Assembly (NCBI GenBank): GCA_030390025.1
Contig: CM059432.1
Location: 112,966,001 to 113,030,000 of the forward strand
Length of the DNA: 64,000 bases
Reading direction: 5' to 3'
Source: Squalus acanthias
Taxonomy: Eukaryota
The position numbers and the translations under genes are program-made. Under the pieces are notes generated by a model. It was given only the letters and a program-made list of their open reading frames with translations, ran no database searches and had not been told where the DNA came from. Below, in pieces: positions 14,030 through 26,852 of the stretch; position 1 is the stretch's first letter, and each line of letters begins with the position of its first letter.

Positions 14030-14561
14030 GGCTCGATTTTAACTCCCGGGCAACGAGCGATGTGGCAGCTGGCAGGCTTGGCGATTTTAACGGCCGAGCC
14101 TCATTAACATGCCGCTTGCTGACTTCTCAACCAAAACAAACACAAGGTGGAGGGGAAGCGGCTGCCCAGCTCTTAAAATCAGTCCGCGGGGTATGGTCTC
14201 TGTATAAGGTAAGTGCTCCGGGATAGAATCCCAGTCAGGGAGAGGAGAGGAAGCCCAGGGCATGAGAGGCCCAAGCATTTACTTGTGGGGATCAGGCGAG
14301 CACTCTTGCTCCTCCTGGCCCACAAGTAAACTAAAAAAAAAATGTTAAACTTACTTTGCTCGGCTTCTGCTGGCCCTGGCTGCTGTTCCAGGTTTGGTGG
14401 GGAAACCACCACTGCTCCCCCGCTCAGGCCTCGGGTTAAAATAACAATGAAATAATTGGAGCCTGATCTGCATATTTAAAGAGGATCTCGCCAGCTTGGA
14501 GCAGGTACCCTTCCCACCTGAAATTTGGTTTCCGTTAGGTGGGAGGAGTTAAAATCGAGCC
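14030..14561. mobile_element. MITE with 17-bp TIR
   Basis: GGCTCGATTTTAACTCC (14030-14046) / GGAGTTAAAATCGAGCC (14545-14561), perfect; TIR resembles the left end of the Harbinger at 45561; no clear TSD. Confidence 0.8.
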
Positions 14562-15233
14562 CATGCTCTCTGCTTTTTCCCTTTGTCCTTTTTCTCACAT
14601 AGATTTGGTTTTAGTAAATTAATATAAACTCAACAGCAGATCATTGAGAAAATGATATTGCAAGTCTCAAAAGTATGAGCAAAAAAAATTGGGACCACAC
14701 ATTGCAGCACACTGGTGGGATACAGGTTCATGCCTTCAATCCCAGCCGTGCTGGGTTCTCGACCTCAGCTGAGCCACCATCAGGAGGTACCAAGTGGAGC
14801 CCAAGTGCCTGGAGAAAGGAAAGTTGAAAGAAAATCACCCCTGTCTAGATCCACTGACAACTAGCTTAGTGCCATGGTCGATGAATTACTTTCTCAATAT
14901 TATCTTCAAGTGAAATAAATAAAATTATATTTTTTTTGTGTGTATTAATTTAAAAAAATGTACAAAGGGTAAAGATAACATTCTGTTCCATGTTAGGAAT
15001 GAAAGTACTTTGTTTCGCTATGTTGTACTGAAATATTTAAATGTGTTTGTTGCCAAATTTTCTATTTGAAAAATGGTGTGTTTAGGAAGACTTGTATTGA
15101 ATAAAAGTTACCTACCACAAAGATAGCATCTCTTCTTATTGTCTATATTCAAAGCGGGAATCTATTTCAATAGGCCTTTAACCCTTTGAGTATTGGACAT
15201 CTTTTGCAGTATTTAAAGTTGACAACTGAGGTC

Positions 15234-15341
15234 AGTTTTCCAATTGGGTGCTCCCAGCACAATATATACATAGTGAGAAATCGCGCGTGCACACAGCCCA
15301 TGAGTTCCGTCCATTTGCAAGGCCCACACAATTGGAAAACT
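15234..15341. repeat. Short inverted-repeat element (probable old MITE)
   Basis: AGTTTTCCAATTGGGTG / CACACAATTGGAAAACT, 16/17 complementary. Confidence 0.55.
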
Positions 15342-16627
15342 TGCTCTATATTTACTGTTAGATAACTCCCACAAAATGGTTTCTGTTAAAGTCTGCTGTG
15401 CTGTTTCTCTCTCCCTGTTTTATAAATATATATTTACAGATGTATAATATATATTATACTTTTTAATTGTAGAAGATGCCTTACTGGCTTTGGATGTAGC
15501 TGCAAGGCTATAACACAGTCAGGGGTTATGATCAAGTTAGAAGTCACAGGACTGATGGTCGAGTGAATTCTGAGATTGTATTACAGCTTTTCAACAGTTT
15601 CAGCGCATCCCTTTTTATTTTATATAACATTCACAACATTTGATTTGGTCAACGCACAATTTGATTTGGTCAGTGTGATAAAACATTGTCTAGCTTTCTC
15701 CTCCATTGTGTATGAATTAGAACATTGTGAAGTTTCTACCCTGTAACAAACTGGAGATTAATACATAAGATTTTTGGCAAAAGTGCTCACAGTGATGCAG
15801 CATTTTTTTGTGTTTGCCAAGAGCAGGCTGTATGTGTGAAATATATTATTTCTTGGATCATTTCTTAATTTATGTTTTTGTCATAAACAAAGATATAATG
15901 TACAGAAGTACCTACGCAGTGCTCAAAGGGTGCAAAATGGCCACTCCCTCCGATATTTAACAAAAAACACACTCTGGTGTGGTTATACGGTCTTTGCACA
16001 AAAGAAAGAGAGGCTGTCTAATCTCTTACATCATTAGTTGTTTGCCCTTCAATTCAACATACCTAAAATACCTTAAAAATCGCCAGAGGAGCACAATAGC
16101 CTGGAAGTGGCTGCTGACAGTATTAATGTATGAATGTTTAATGCATTTATATGACATTGTGTTGTCTGCTGTTTAAATGCAGGCACTAACTCATTTATTT
16201 TAAAAGAGTTAATGTCTACGTTATAATAGCGGACAGGTGAATATCATCCTAATGAGGTAACCGTTTACGCACTAAAATTGCCGGCAGTCATTTCTAGCCT
16301 CTTTAAGTCTCCATTCTCCTATTTTAGCAATACTAACTTCTTCAAAACCTTCCATGTTCACAGTTTTATAAAAGGCAGAGGTACATTAAAAGACAGAATT
16401 CTGGTTGGTTTTTGGTTTGCTAGCTACTGTACATTGTCAATACTGTGTCAACTTTTTTGAAAAAAAGTAAAAGCAAATTGAAGGAAGTTTATGACAAGGT
16501 TAATAAATGTGCACAAACAATACAGAGCAGATTTACTATTTGATTTGTGGATACACGCTTTCCATTGCAAATCTACTATCAGGCTGTAATGGAACTACAA
16601 TAGTGAAAATGTTTTCTCTCTGAACAG

Positions 16628-19149
16628 GTTTGAAAGTTGAAGAGTCCCTTTCTGCTGGTGCCAGCCTGAAGTGTACCATCTGTGAGTACATGGCAGACAA
16701 TGTGCTGAGCTTCCAACACCATGTACTCACTCACCTCACACCAGCTGCCTTCAAATGCAGTCACTGCCACTTTGGTTTCCAGAGCCACAGGAAGCTGCTG
16801 CAGCACCAGGAGCTCCATCACAGTCAGGGCAGGAGGCTGCGAAGGGAAAGCGAAAACGAACACTCGCCGCTCGACAACGAGGACACTTTCCAGTCAACAG
16901 CAGCAGATGCAGCAAGCAAACAGGAAGTCCCGCCAAGTCCAGGGGTCAGCCAGAATAAGGAAGCGTGCTCTGACACTGAGGGAGAAAAGGTGGATAAAAA
17001 TGTACAGTTGGGTATAACAAATCAGAAGAATGAAACACAGCCTGCAGGAAACAGGCAGAGCTTCCCATATGCCAGAATCAAATCCGAGCCATCCAGCCCA
17101 CGGCTTGCTTCTTCTCCAATTCAACCCAACATAGGATCCACTGTCCCAATGGGTCCCTTCCTTTCTCAGTTTGCTCTCTCCCAGGATATTTCCATGGTTC
17201 CTCAAGCTTCAGAAATCCTAGCTAAAATGTCTGAACTGGTACATCGCAGGTTAAGACAGGGTGGAAGCAACTATCCTCCTGTCATTTACAGTCCACTTGT
17301 ACCAAAAGGGGCCATTTGCTTTGAATGCAATATCACATTCAACAATTTGGATAACTACTTGATCCACAAGAAGCATTACTGCAGCACCCGATGGCAGCAC
17401 GTAGCCAAGTCCCCAGACTTCGCCAACACCAGTGAGAAGGTGCCAGAGACAGTAAGTCCCAGCAGTGGGCACAGTCCCATTAACATTCACAGTGCTCTTT
17501 GTCATCTACCCGATCCAGAAAATCCACTTCTTCAGTCAACCAGCATCAACTCCTCTGTAGTCCTAGATGCAGCAGGCTCTAATGGAAAAAGTCCGGACAA
17601 GGATAATTCATTGCAGTTGAAGAAAGAATCATCTACCAGCAGCAATGATGAACAACTCAATGGAAAGTCCAAGGATGTGAAGAGCCCCAGCACTCCCACA
17701 TTGGACACTGCTAACGATCCGAATAAAACTACTTGTGAAGCATGCAATATAACTTTTAGCAGACATGAAACATATGCTGTGCACAAGCAGTACTACTGCG
17801 CCTCACGCCATGATCCACCAATGAAACGCATGGCAGCAAATAAGGTACCAGCAATGCAAAGAACCATACGTAGTCGCAAGCGGCGGAAGATGTACGAGAT
17901 GTCACTCCCAGAGCAGGAACAAAGATCACAGATGGTCCAGCAAGCTTTTCTTAGTGTATCGGCCATGGGTAGCCCTGGAACATCTTCTCAAGAATCACTG
18001 GAGAATCTAGGTGAAACCTCCCACCAGAGGTGTGATATGTTTCTTGGAAAGCAAATGGAGCCCCCCGTCCCAGGGACTAGAAACATTACTTCTGTCAAGT
18101 GCAGTACAGCACTGCCTTTAGTTGCCAGTATGGAGCTGGATCTTCCTATGGATCTAAGCAAAAAGTGTTCACCTCAAACTGAGAAAACAACCTGTTCTCC
18201 TAAAAGACTTTTGGACTACCATGAATGTACTGTGTGCAAGATTAGTTTTAACAAAGTAGAAAGTTACCTTGCTCACAAGCAAAACTTTTGCCCAGGCATG
18301 GGTGTCCAACGTGGTGAAGTAGGTCATTTAGAGCAAACAAAATTTCAAGAGCAGCAACGGGAAAGTGCTTTAGTGAAAAGTGAAGCAATCAGCCCTGAAG
18401 GCAGCAATGAAAGGAATATAATCAAATGTGAGAAAAATGAAAATTCGAAGCTGGTCTCCCCGAATGGAAATATATTCCCCCCACAGTTAGCAACCCTCCA
18501 CGGGCTGAAAGCTTTCAATGAGGCAGCTCAGCTCATTTCTGCTAAGGAAGAAAACAGGAATTTGCTCTACCCACATTGCCTTTACCCTGGAGCAATAAAG
18601 AAGATGACAGGGACTGAGCAGCTATCTCCGTATTATGGGGTCAAGCCCGCTGACTACATCTCAGGAGCTGTTTTCATACGCAGTGAGATAGACGAGCTGG
18701 TGCAAGCCACACGTGATAGGGTCGATCCTCCTCGAGACCAGCCTGTATCCAATGGATGTTCTCCTCAGAAGAAGGAACCTGTTCCATCGATACCAAAGAG
18801 CAGGGGCATGATAGCAGTCAATGGAGGAATAAAACAGGAAGACAGGCCTTTCTCGGGCAACCCACATCAAGATAGCTTATCCCAGAGTTCCCAACAAGTG
18901 GATGGCCATGAATCCCCTCCTTGGGTATCTGAGAGTCCTGTCACTGCGAATGAAAATGCCTCACCCACATCTAAAGCTTCGTTAGAAGAGCAATTAGTCC
19001 ACACGCCAAAAAGCATTGGTGGTTCTGTTCAGCCCACAAACAGCGGAAAATACTGTCGCCTCTGTGACATTCAGTTCAATAACTTGTCTAACTTTATAAC
19101 CCACAAGAAGTTCTACTGCTCATCACATGCTGCAGAACATGTCAAATGA
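16628..19149 (+). CDS. ZFPM2: ZFPM2/FOG2 terminal coding exon (ZF3-ZF8, NLS RKRRK, CtBP motif PMDLS)
   Basis: AACAG acceptor at 16627; open to TGA; two C2H2 plus four CCHC FOG-type fingers; C-terminus [33 protein letters not shown] is characteristic of FOG2. Confidence 0.99.
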
Positions 19150-20215
19150 AAGTTACTGTCATGCACTGCATCTGTCTGTAGTATAGTGTTGGCCATGCAC
19201 AGTTTGTATAAAAAAGAAAAAAGAAAAAAAAATGCTGCTTGAGTTACATCAGGACAGTTACACCAGGACAATCAAGGGATGGCTGTGTAGTTCAATGGCT
19301 TGAGGCTAGTCTGTCATTTCATAATGCTGTTCATAAGTCTTGATATTAATGTGAAATGTCAGTGCTATTTTTCACCGGAATTAATTTATTTTCCAAGCAG
19401 TATTCATAGCTGTGGTTAAATTTCAATTTTTATTTAAAGAAGTTTATACTGAAATTCTTTTTAACATTATTGTATAGTTATTCTCGTGTAATGATTACGG
19501 TTTGCACTGTAAAGTAGAGAGAGGTCCGAGTCACATACATAGAGACAGCATTTGTAGGTAAACTGGTGAGGTAAAGCACTTGTGTATTCGACTATCCCTG
19601 TATTTGTTGCAACTTCCCTGTACATGCCAGAATATAAGTTGCATTCATTTTAAGACTGCAAACATAAGAAGGTGTTGTAGGCCTTAAAAACTACTAAAAT
19701 GGCATACAAATTCCATTTCATATTTAATACAACATTTTCAGTCCTAAATTGCAGCTTATATATCAGCATATACAGTAATCAGTAGGCTTTGCATAAGATG
19801 ATATATATGTAGCAGTTTGTTCCTATCCACTTTCTTAAACTGAGGTATGTATGTTTTATTGAAGTTGTTAACTTTCTTGTATAGTAATCTGTACTGTACT
19901 TTCCTTTGCTGACGCTTTTGTCTCACTTTTGAAACATTTGCTGTAAAATGCAAAATTTAATATGAACAACATTACTGGAAGCAGTATTGAACAGTGGTTA
20001 AAACCTTTCTGCTGTATTTTGTTGAAAATATAATTAGTAGTTGCAGTTTGCTGTTGCAAAAATCATTTTGGGGACAATGAAATCTGAATAATTGGGTACC
20101 AATACTGCAACTGGTGATAAAACGAATATTGTTCTACTTCTGATAGAAATTATTTCTCAACAATGTTGTTACTATGCATGTATATGGATGGAATAAAAAT
20201 TCCATAAAGCGAGAG
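19150..20215 (+). promoter_or_regulatory. ZFPM2: ZFPM2 3' UTR with miRNA seed matches
   Basis: AT-rich and free of recognisable repeats; GCAGTATT at 19397-19404 and 19981-19988, TTGCACT at 19502-19508, AGCACTT at 19575-19581; end inferred from AATAAA. Confidence 0.75.
20192..20197 (+). terminator. Putative ZFPM2 polyadenylation signal
   Basis: AATAAA ~1.04 kb after the stop, preceded by TGTA and followed by GT-rich sequence. Confidence 0.7.
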
Positions 20216-20859
20216 AACTTTACACGGCTTGCATCATTGTTGTGCATGAGGTGACATTTTTAATCACTGTGTATAACCATCTCAGGATTGTTTTATGGAG
20301 GCACTTTACTCCAGATGATTTGCAGGGGTTGAGATTGGAAATTCTGGTTCCAACACAAGTGACTTTCCATTTAAATCTGTATAACATATAATATATACAC
20401 TGGACAGTTTTCCTGACAATCAGATATAATCATTTTGCAGTGCTATAGTGAAAATTGTAGATCTTATAGTGTGACCATCATTACCCATTGACATAGAGTG
20501 CCTGGCCAGTCCATGTCTGTAGCCCTCTTGGCCATTTTTAGTGAAAATAAACATGCATAAAAAGTGGCGCATTGCTGGTAAAAAAATAGAAGTAAAAAGA
20601 AAAACTCCATAAAAAGGCACTATCATGCTTTTCATCCATATTTAGTATTGCTCCGAGGAATGCTCCTATCCAGAAACGAGTACTGTGAAAATCATCAATG
20701 TGAAAGGAAATTTAAAAATGTTTACTTGTAAAAGGTCAATCTTGAAAAACCTATAAAGAATTACACAGGGTAGGTGAAAATCGAAAAGGGAGTCTTCAGC
20801 TCCAGGTCAGACCTTGACTTAGTGATCTTAGCGAAGCCTAAGATTTTGAAATATCACCA

Positions 20860-21720
20860 CACCAGTGAAAAAGATCTGCAGAGACAGTCTATAATCTTGA
20901 TTGCACTGTCAGCTACAGTGAAAGTCACCACTGGCCTTAACCTTTACGCCAGAGTTTCTCCAGGCTCCCACCAGGTATATTCCAGAGTTAGCCAGGCAAT
21001 ACTCCATTAAGGAAGGAACCGAATCTCTGCATCACAATGTAGCCAGCTGCAAAGACTTCAGAAAGAAGCACTCAGTAACAGTAGAGACAGGTATGGTTTT
21101 CCCAATTGGTGGCCCTCTCAGGGTACAGTGGACCATCGGCTGTAAGCAGGTATCATTTGATATGGCCACCATCAATCCTATCAGATATCTAAATAGCAAG
21201 GCCTGTTATTCTATAAAATTGCAAATGTTATGTGATTCGTGCAAGAAAATACTCAATGCATGATTCGGGGGGTGGGGGAGGAGGGGTGAGAAGAATACAC
21301 ATGATGCTTTCATTCTGAAGCAATTAAGCATGCTGCAGCACTTTGAGGGAAAAGAAAGGATGGCTGGATGGTTCCTTACTGATATGGGCTATATTCTTCA
21401 ATCATGGCTGATGATACCTCTGCACAATCCCATACTCCAGCTAAGAATAGCTACAGTAAGGCACATGGTCGAACCAAGGCCCTCACTGAGCAGAGATGAG
21501 GGGTATTAACACAAAGCTTTAGATGCTTGGACAGTCATATGTCACAGCGGAGGTGTGCTTAATGCATGCTGTACTATGTTGCTATAGATAGAGGCCTCAT
21601 CATGGACCTAATGGTAAGCCACTACAAGCCATGGAAATGCAGGATGATGATGCACAGCAACCACCAACAGCAGACCAGTCACTGCAAGCAGGCAGACAGA
21701 TGCAGAAGGAGTTTGTGACT
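20860..21720 (+). pseudogene. Highly degenerate PIF/Harbinger (HARBI1-like) transposase relic
   Basis: Colinear motifs across frames: IALSATVKVTTGLNLYA, HDAFILKQ, GWFLTDMGY..WLMIPL, SFRCLD, ACC; parallel the transposase at 46098-47297. Confidence 0.75.
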
Positions 21721-22071
21721 TGGTGAACTCCACAATCATGCTCCTTTACTGATGGACATATTTACAATTACAGAACTGTTATTTGCTTCAACCTGTAGAT
21801 TGGTTGCAGAGAACTGCAGATGTTCAGTTAGGTTTACTTCTGGTCAACTGACACATTACAAGAATAAATCTTATCTTAAGTTTCCATGCATGAGAGTCTG
21901 TGCTTAATGTGTTTTGCTTATGTGCCATGAGCGTTTAAATACTGGTTGTGCCCTGCCAATATGTCTTCCTTGGTTGTAGTGGTAGCATTAGTGAGTGATT
22001 GCATGGCCAGCTGCAGGGGATGCAGAAGCCCTGCTACCTGTACCTGCGACTAACTCTAAAGTATTTGCATC

Positions 22072-22169
22072 TGATGAAAGGTCACTGACCTGAAACGTTG
22101 ACTCTGTTTCTCTCTCCACAGATGCTGCCTGACCTGCTGAGTATTTCCAGCATTTTCTGTTTTTATTTT
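22072..22169 (+). ncRNA. Penelope-type short insertion with minimal hammerhead core (family A)
   Basis: CUGAUGA-A-AGGUC(ACU)GACCU-GAA-ACGU-U from 22071; 13-bp TSD AAGTATTTGCATC at 22059-22071 and 22170-22182. Confidence 0.85.
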
Positions 22170-22322
22170 AAGTATTTGCATCAGTGCCTTTGTGCCTCCT
22201 TTGTTGTAATCGTGTTCTTTGCTTCACTGGCAGTGTCTATTGCTACATGTGCAGGGCTACATGACAGTGCAAAAACTGCTGCTGCCAAGAGTGTTGACCA
22301 CTGCTCCAGGAGAGGTTTCTAA

Positions 22323-23180
22323 TAAGAACATAAGAAATAGGAGCAGGAGTAGGCCATTTGTCCCATCGAACCTGCTCCGCCATTCAATAAGATCATGGCT
22401 GATCATCTACCTGATCTCCACTTTCCTGCACTATCCCCATATCCCTTGATTCCCTTAATATTCAAAAATCTACCAATCTCTGTCTTGAATATACTCAACG
22501 ACTGAGCCTTCACAGCCCTCTGAGGTAGAGAATTCCAAAGATTCACCACCCTCTGAGTGAAGAAATTTCTCCTCATCTCAGTCCTAAATGGCCGACCCCT
22601 TATTCTGACCCCTGGTCCTAGATTCCCCAGCCAGGGGAAACATCCTCCCTGCATCTACCCTGTCAAGTCCTGTAAGAATTTTGTATGTTTCAATGAGATC
22701 ACCTCTCATTCTTCAAAACTCTAGAGAATATAGGCCTAGTCTACTCAATCTCTCCTCATAGGACAATCCCCCCATCCCAGGAATCAGTCTGGTGAACTTT
22801 CGTTGCACTCCCTCTATGGCAAGTATATCCTTCCTTAGGTAAGGAGACCAAAACCGTACACAGTACTCCAGGTGTGGTCTCACCAGGGACCCTATATAAT
22901 TGCAGTAAGACGTCTTTACTCTTATACTCAAATCCTCTTGTAATAATACCACTTGCTTTCCTAATTGCTTGCTGTACCTGCATGTTAACTTTCAGTGATT
23001 CGTGTACAAGGACACCCAGGTCCCTCTGAACACCAACATTTCCCAATCTCTCATCATTTAAAAAATACTCTGCTTTTCTATTTTTCCTACCAAAGTGGAT
23101 AACTTCACATTTCTCCACATTATATTCCATTTACCATGTTCTTGCCCATTCACTTAGCCTGCCTTTAGCCCCTTGAAGCC
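22323..23180 (-). mobile_element. 5'-truncated CR1 LINE
   Basis: MEYNVEKCEVIHFG...RPHLEYCVRFWSP...FFTQRVVNLWNSLP; tail at 22323. Confidence 0.95.
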
Positions 23181-23611
23181 TAATGATGGGTTCCACCACC
23201 CATTACACTTTGCCTGTGGTTATGTGCAAGTTTTGTCTTTAAACATAGGAGCAGTGTGGATTGGGAAGGGGTGAGTATCTTTGCCATCTTGGCATCTACA
23301 GTATAATTTGCGTAACTCTGCCTTGTTCACTTGCACAGTTGCCTATTGAAATCTATCTGTATGTGTGCAACATGGAGTTTGTGCAGCACTGCTCCCTTTT
23401 GAGGATTGATTTCACAATCCCACACTCCCAGCAGGAGTGCCACGCTCAGAAGGAGTGTGACTCTACAAAGGCAACACAAAATTAACCCTTTAATGAAACA
23501 TTGAAAGAACTTCAGCACCAGAGAGTGCTAGAGATCATTATCAACAGAATCTGACAACCTGGCCATTAAACCTGCTTTTCCATCCAGCATGATCTGCATA
23601 TTGGAGAGATT

Positions 23612-23882
23612 GGCCGAGAAATTGGACTGTGCAACGCCCATTTTTCAGGACACCCCGTAGTCGTCCGGGTCACCCGCCTGAATCATGCATTAGCCGCATT
23701 GCCTATGCAAATTGGGGGCCAAATGCCTATTTCAGGCTCCTTTGTAAAATTGGGATGCCAGTTACATTCTGATGACTCGAGGACCAATTTCCCATGGTCC
23801 TCTCTCACATCAGTTTCAGGGTGGAGTTCATGATTGCTGTTGGGTTTGCGCCTGAAGTCGGTCGTGAACCAGTTTCTGGGCC
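23612..23882. mobile_element. PIF/Harbinger-like MITE
   Basis: TIR GGCCGAGAAATTGG / CCAGTTTCTGGGCC (12/14), TSD ATT/ATA. Confidence 0.7.
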
Positions 23883-23929
23883 ATATTCTTAGAAGGGGGC
23901 CAGTTGCAGAGTAACCCAAGAACAGGGAA

Positions 23930-24735
23930 ATTAAACAACAACCTGTATTTATATAGCACCTTTAACATAGTAAAATGTCCCAAGGCGCTTCACAGGAGCG
24001 TTAGCAAACAAAATTTAACACCTCGCTACATAAGGAGATATTAGAGCAGATGACCAAAAGCTTGGTCAAAGAGGTAGGTTTTAAGGAGCGTCTTAATGGA
24101 GGAATGAAAGGTGAAGAGGTTTAGGGAGGGAATTCCAGAGCTTAGGGCCTTGGCAGCTGAAGGCACAGCCGGCAATGGTGGCGCGATTAAAATCAGGAAT
24201 GCTCAAGAGGCCAGAATTAGAGGAGCGCAGATGTCTCGGAGGGTTGTAGGGCTGGAGGAAATTACAGAGATGGGGAAGGGCGAGGCCATGGAGGGATTTG
24301 AAAACAAGGATGAGAATTTTAAAATCGAGGTGTTGCTTAACCGGGAGCCAATGTAGGTCAGCGAGCACAGGGGTGATGGGTGAATGGGACTTGGTGTGTG
24401 TTAGGACACGGGCAGCAGAGTTTTGGATGACTTCAAGTTTACAGAGGGTAGAAAGTGACCAGGAGTGCGTTGGAATAGTCAAATATAGAGGTAACAAAGT
24501 CATGGATGAGGCTTTCAGCAGCAGATGAGCTGAGGCAGGGGTGGAGAAGGGTGATGTTACGGAGGTGGAAATAGGCGGTCTTAGTGATGGCACGGATCTG
24601 TGGTCGGAAGCTCATCTCGGAGCCAAATATGACACCAAGGTTATGAACAGTCTGGTTCAGCCTTAGACAGTTGCAAGGAAGAGGGATGGAGTCAGTGGCT
24701 AGGGAACAGAGTTTGTGGCGGGGACCGAAGACACT
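23930..24735 (-). mobile_element. L2-clade LINE 3' fragment
   Basis: KLEVIQNSAARVLT...HSPITPVLADLHWLPVKQHLDFKILILVFK...AFSCQGPKLWNSLP; 3' tail shared with the Deu-SINEs in this window. Confidence 0.9.
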
Positions 24736-25367
24736 GGAGAGGCTGGCTGGCTGTTGGGTGGGTAGATCTGCGGCACTAGACTGCAGAGAGGATGGAGGAG
24801 GGATTGGGGGGTGAATTGGGGCCAAAGGAGGATCGGGAGGAGGGTGGACGGGGGCCAGAGGAGGATCGGGGCCGGAGGGGGGAGGCCGGGAAGGCGATTG
24901 GGGGCTGGAGGGAGGGAGATCAGAGGCCGGCGGGGGGATCGAAGGCCTCTTGGGGGAAAGTCGGGGAGGGATCGGAGGCCTAGTGGTGGGAGGTCAGGGG
25001 GAGATAGGAACGGTCATAACTCGAGAGGTGTCCGATCGCGGGGGGTGGGTGAGGCAGGGATGCTGGATCCAGCAGGTAAGGCACTTACCTCATGGATCCT
25101 GCAGTCCTCACCTTCCTTTAGCCGGCGGGTTCCCCGAGGCTTGGGAAATCCGACCAGCCAGAGTTAAATTTGAAATGGCACGCCAGCCTCATTATAATAT
25201 TTAAATGAACAACCCGCCTCCTGGGAGCGGGTTCGCTGCCCGCCCCCGTCCTGCCTCTGCTAAAACCAGAAGTGAGCAGGTTGGAGGCGAGTTGGGGTCG
25301 GAACTCAGTTTTTTAACCTCCCATCCGACCCAATCCACCCGTTTTTATGGGGTAAAAATCCCCCCCA
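24736..25367. mobile_element. Partial GC-rich non-autonomous DNA transposon (one end)
   Basis: Ends GGTAAAAATCCCCCC|AAT, similar to the Harbinger-type termini elsewhere; other end not found. Confidence 0.45.
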
Positions 25368-26093
25368 ATGACTTTGGTCTTCCTAATATTTAGTTGGACC
25401 TTAGTTAGATAAACTTTGGCATATCAGAAGTCCTATTTCTTGCAGAATCTCCTATCCATTTTTGTGTATGCAACTCATTTTCTGGCATTCATCCGGGTGG
25501 GTAGGATCACATTCCAAATTAAATAATGCTCACTCCTTTTCACAAAATGGAGACTGCATTTGAAGCAGAGACTTTGGCTGTATTTACACTACCAGTGTAG
25601 CATCAGTATGAAGTAAAATGTTTTGCGCTGATGCTAGACAGCTGCAGTGTAAATCCAGTCAGAACCAACCTATTGTTCTATGTTTTAATCTTAAGACTGC
25701 ACTCCAGCGTAGCCTTGTCTATTTTTCCATCCTAGCTTTCAATCCATTTACAAGATCAGCTCTCTAATGCAAATGCAGCCCTCCCTAACAAGCCATATCC
25801 AACACTTCATGCCTCCCATTTTTGGGTTAAATTACTGTTAAGTCCCCAGCCTCTACATAGAATAAACCTGAGAAGATTTTGCTCAAATCAGCAGGGTTTT
25901 AACTCTTTCCTCTCCCCTCCACTTGGCAAGCATCTCCAGTCTTCCAGAAGGCCAAAAGATTGAAAAGCTCAGCATATAAACACTAGAACAGCAGCAAAAC
26001 ACTGCGGATGCTGGCAATCTGAAATAAAAATAGAAAATGCTGGAAACACTCAGCAAGTAAGTCAGCATCTGTGCAGAGAGGGAAACAGTTAAT

Positions 26094-26852
26094 GGCCCGG
26101 ATTTTGCAGTCAGCGGTGAAGGGACGACACTCGCCGCTGACCTCAAAGAAAGCTGCCCACAAAGATTTAGCGGGCTCTGTGGCGTTGATTTCCCCTATTA
26201 TGATGTCAATTTCTTTCTGGTGCCATCTATAGGGGATCTGTGGAGTCCAGGAACAGTGAAATCATCAAGTGGGCTGAGCAGCCAATCAGATTGAAGAATT
26301 CTAACAGACAGCAAACCAGGAAGTAAAAATCACCGATTATCATTCACTTTTTAATCATTTTACAGAGAACAAAATAAAGATTGGGACATACACACGGGAT
26401 TAAGATAGAAGCTGAGATATCATAAACAAACTTAAAAAAAATAAAAATTAATTTTTACTATTTAAAAAATCTATGGAATTTTTATCATGAAATGGAGGGA
26501 ATGACACACCAGGCGTAAAAATTAGTTTTCAGGGCCAGAGAGGTTGTTAGCAGTAATTATGACTTAGTACTCAGTTACACCTCATTCAACAAGACTTAAC
26601 TTTTTCAATGGTTTTTACAACAATAGTGCGTAAAAAGTTGAAGTTCATGTCAAATCACTGATTCTGTGTTGATTACATCTGAGAAGATGCAACAGCGCAC
26701 CCTGTGGAGGAGCAGGGTATCACTGACAGCAACTTCGGGATTTCCGCATTTAACTGCGCATGTGCAGACACTAGAACCTGCTGTCAGTTTCACAGAGTAA
26801 TGACTGCGAGCGCTGATAGTTTTGCCATCATTACAACTACAAATTCCGAGGC
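26094..26852. mobile_element. PIF/Harbinger-like MITE inserted in a Penelope-type pLTR fragment (25990-26885, minus strand)
   Basis: TIR GGCCCGGATTTTGCAGT / ACTACAAATTCCGAGGC (13/17), TSD AAT; flanks rejoin into a decayed family A hammerhead repeat. Confidence 0.8.

Noticed and set aside
16183..16256. Possible poison exon in the last ZFPM2 intron (TGCAG acceptor; GTGAAT or GTAACC donor; in-frame TAA)
   Set aside because: Weak polypyrimidine tract and such sites arise by chance; needs RNA-seq or conservation data.
16630..19149. Stand-alone 839-aa gene starting at 16630
   Set aside because: The track's start is a TTG just after a splice acceptor; this is the last ZFPM2 exon.
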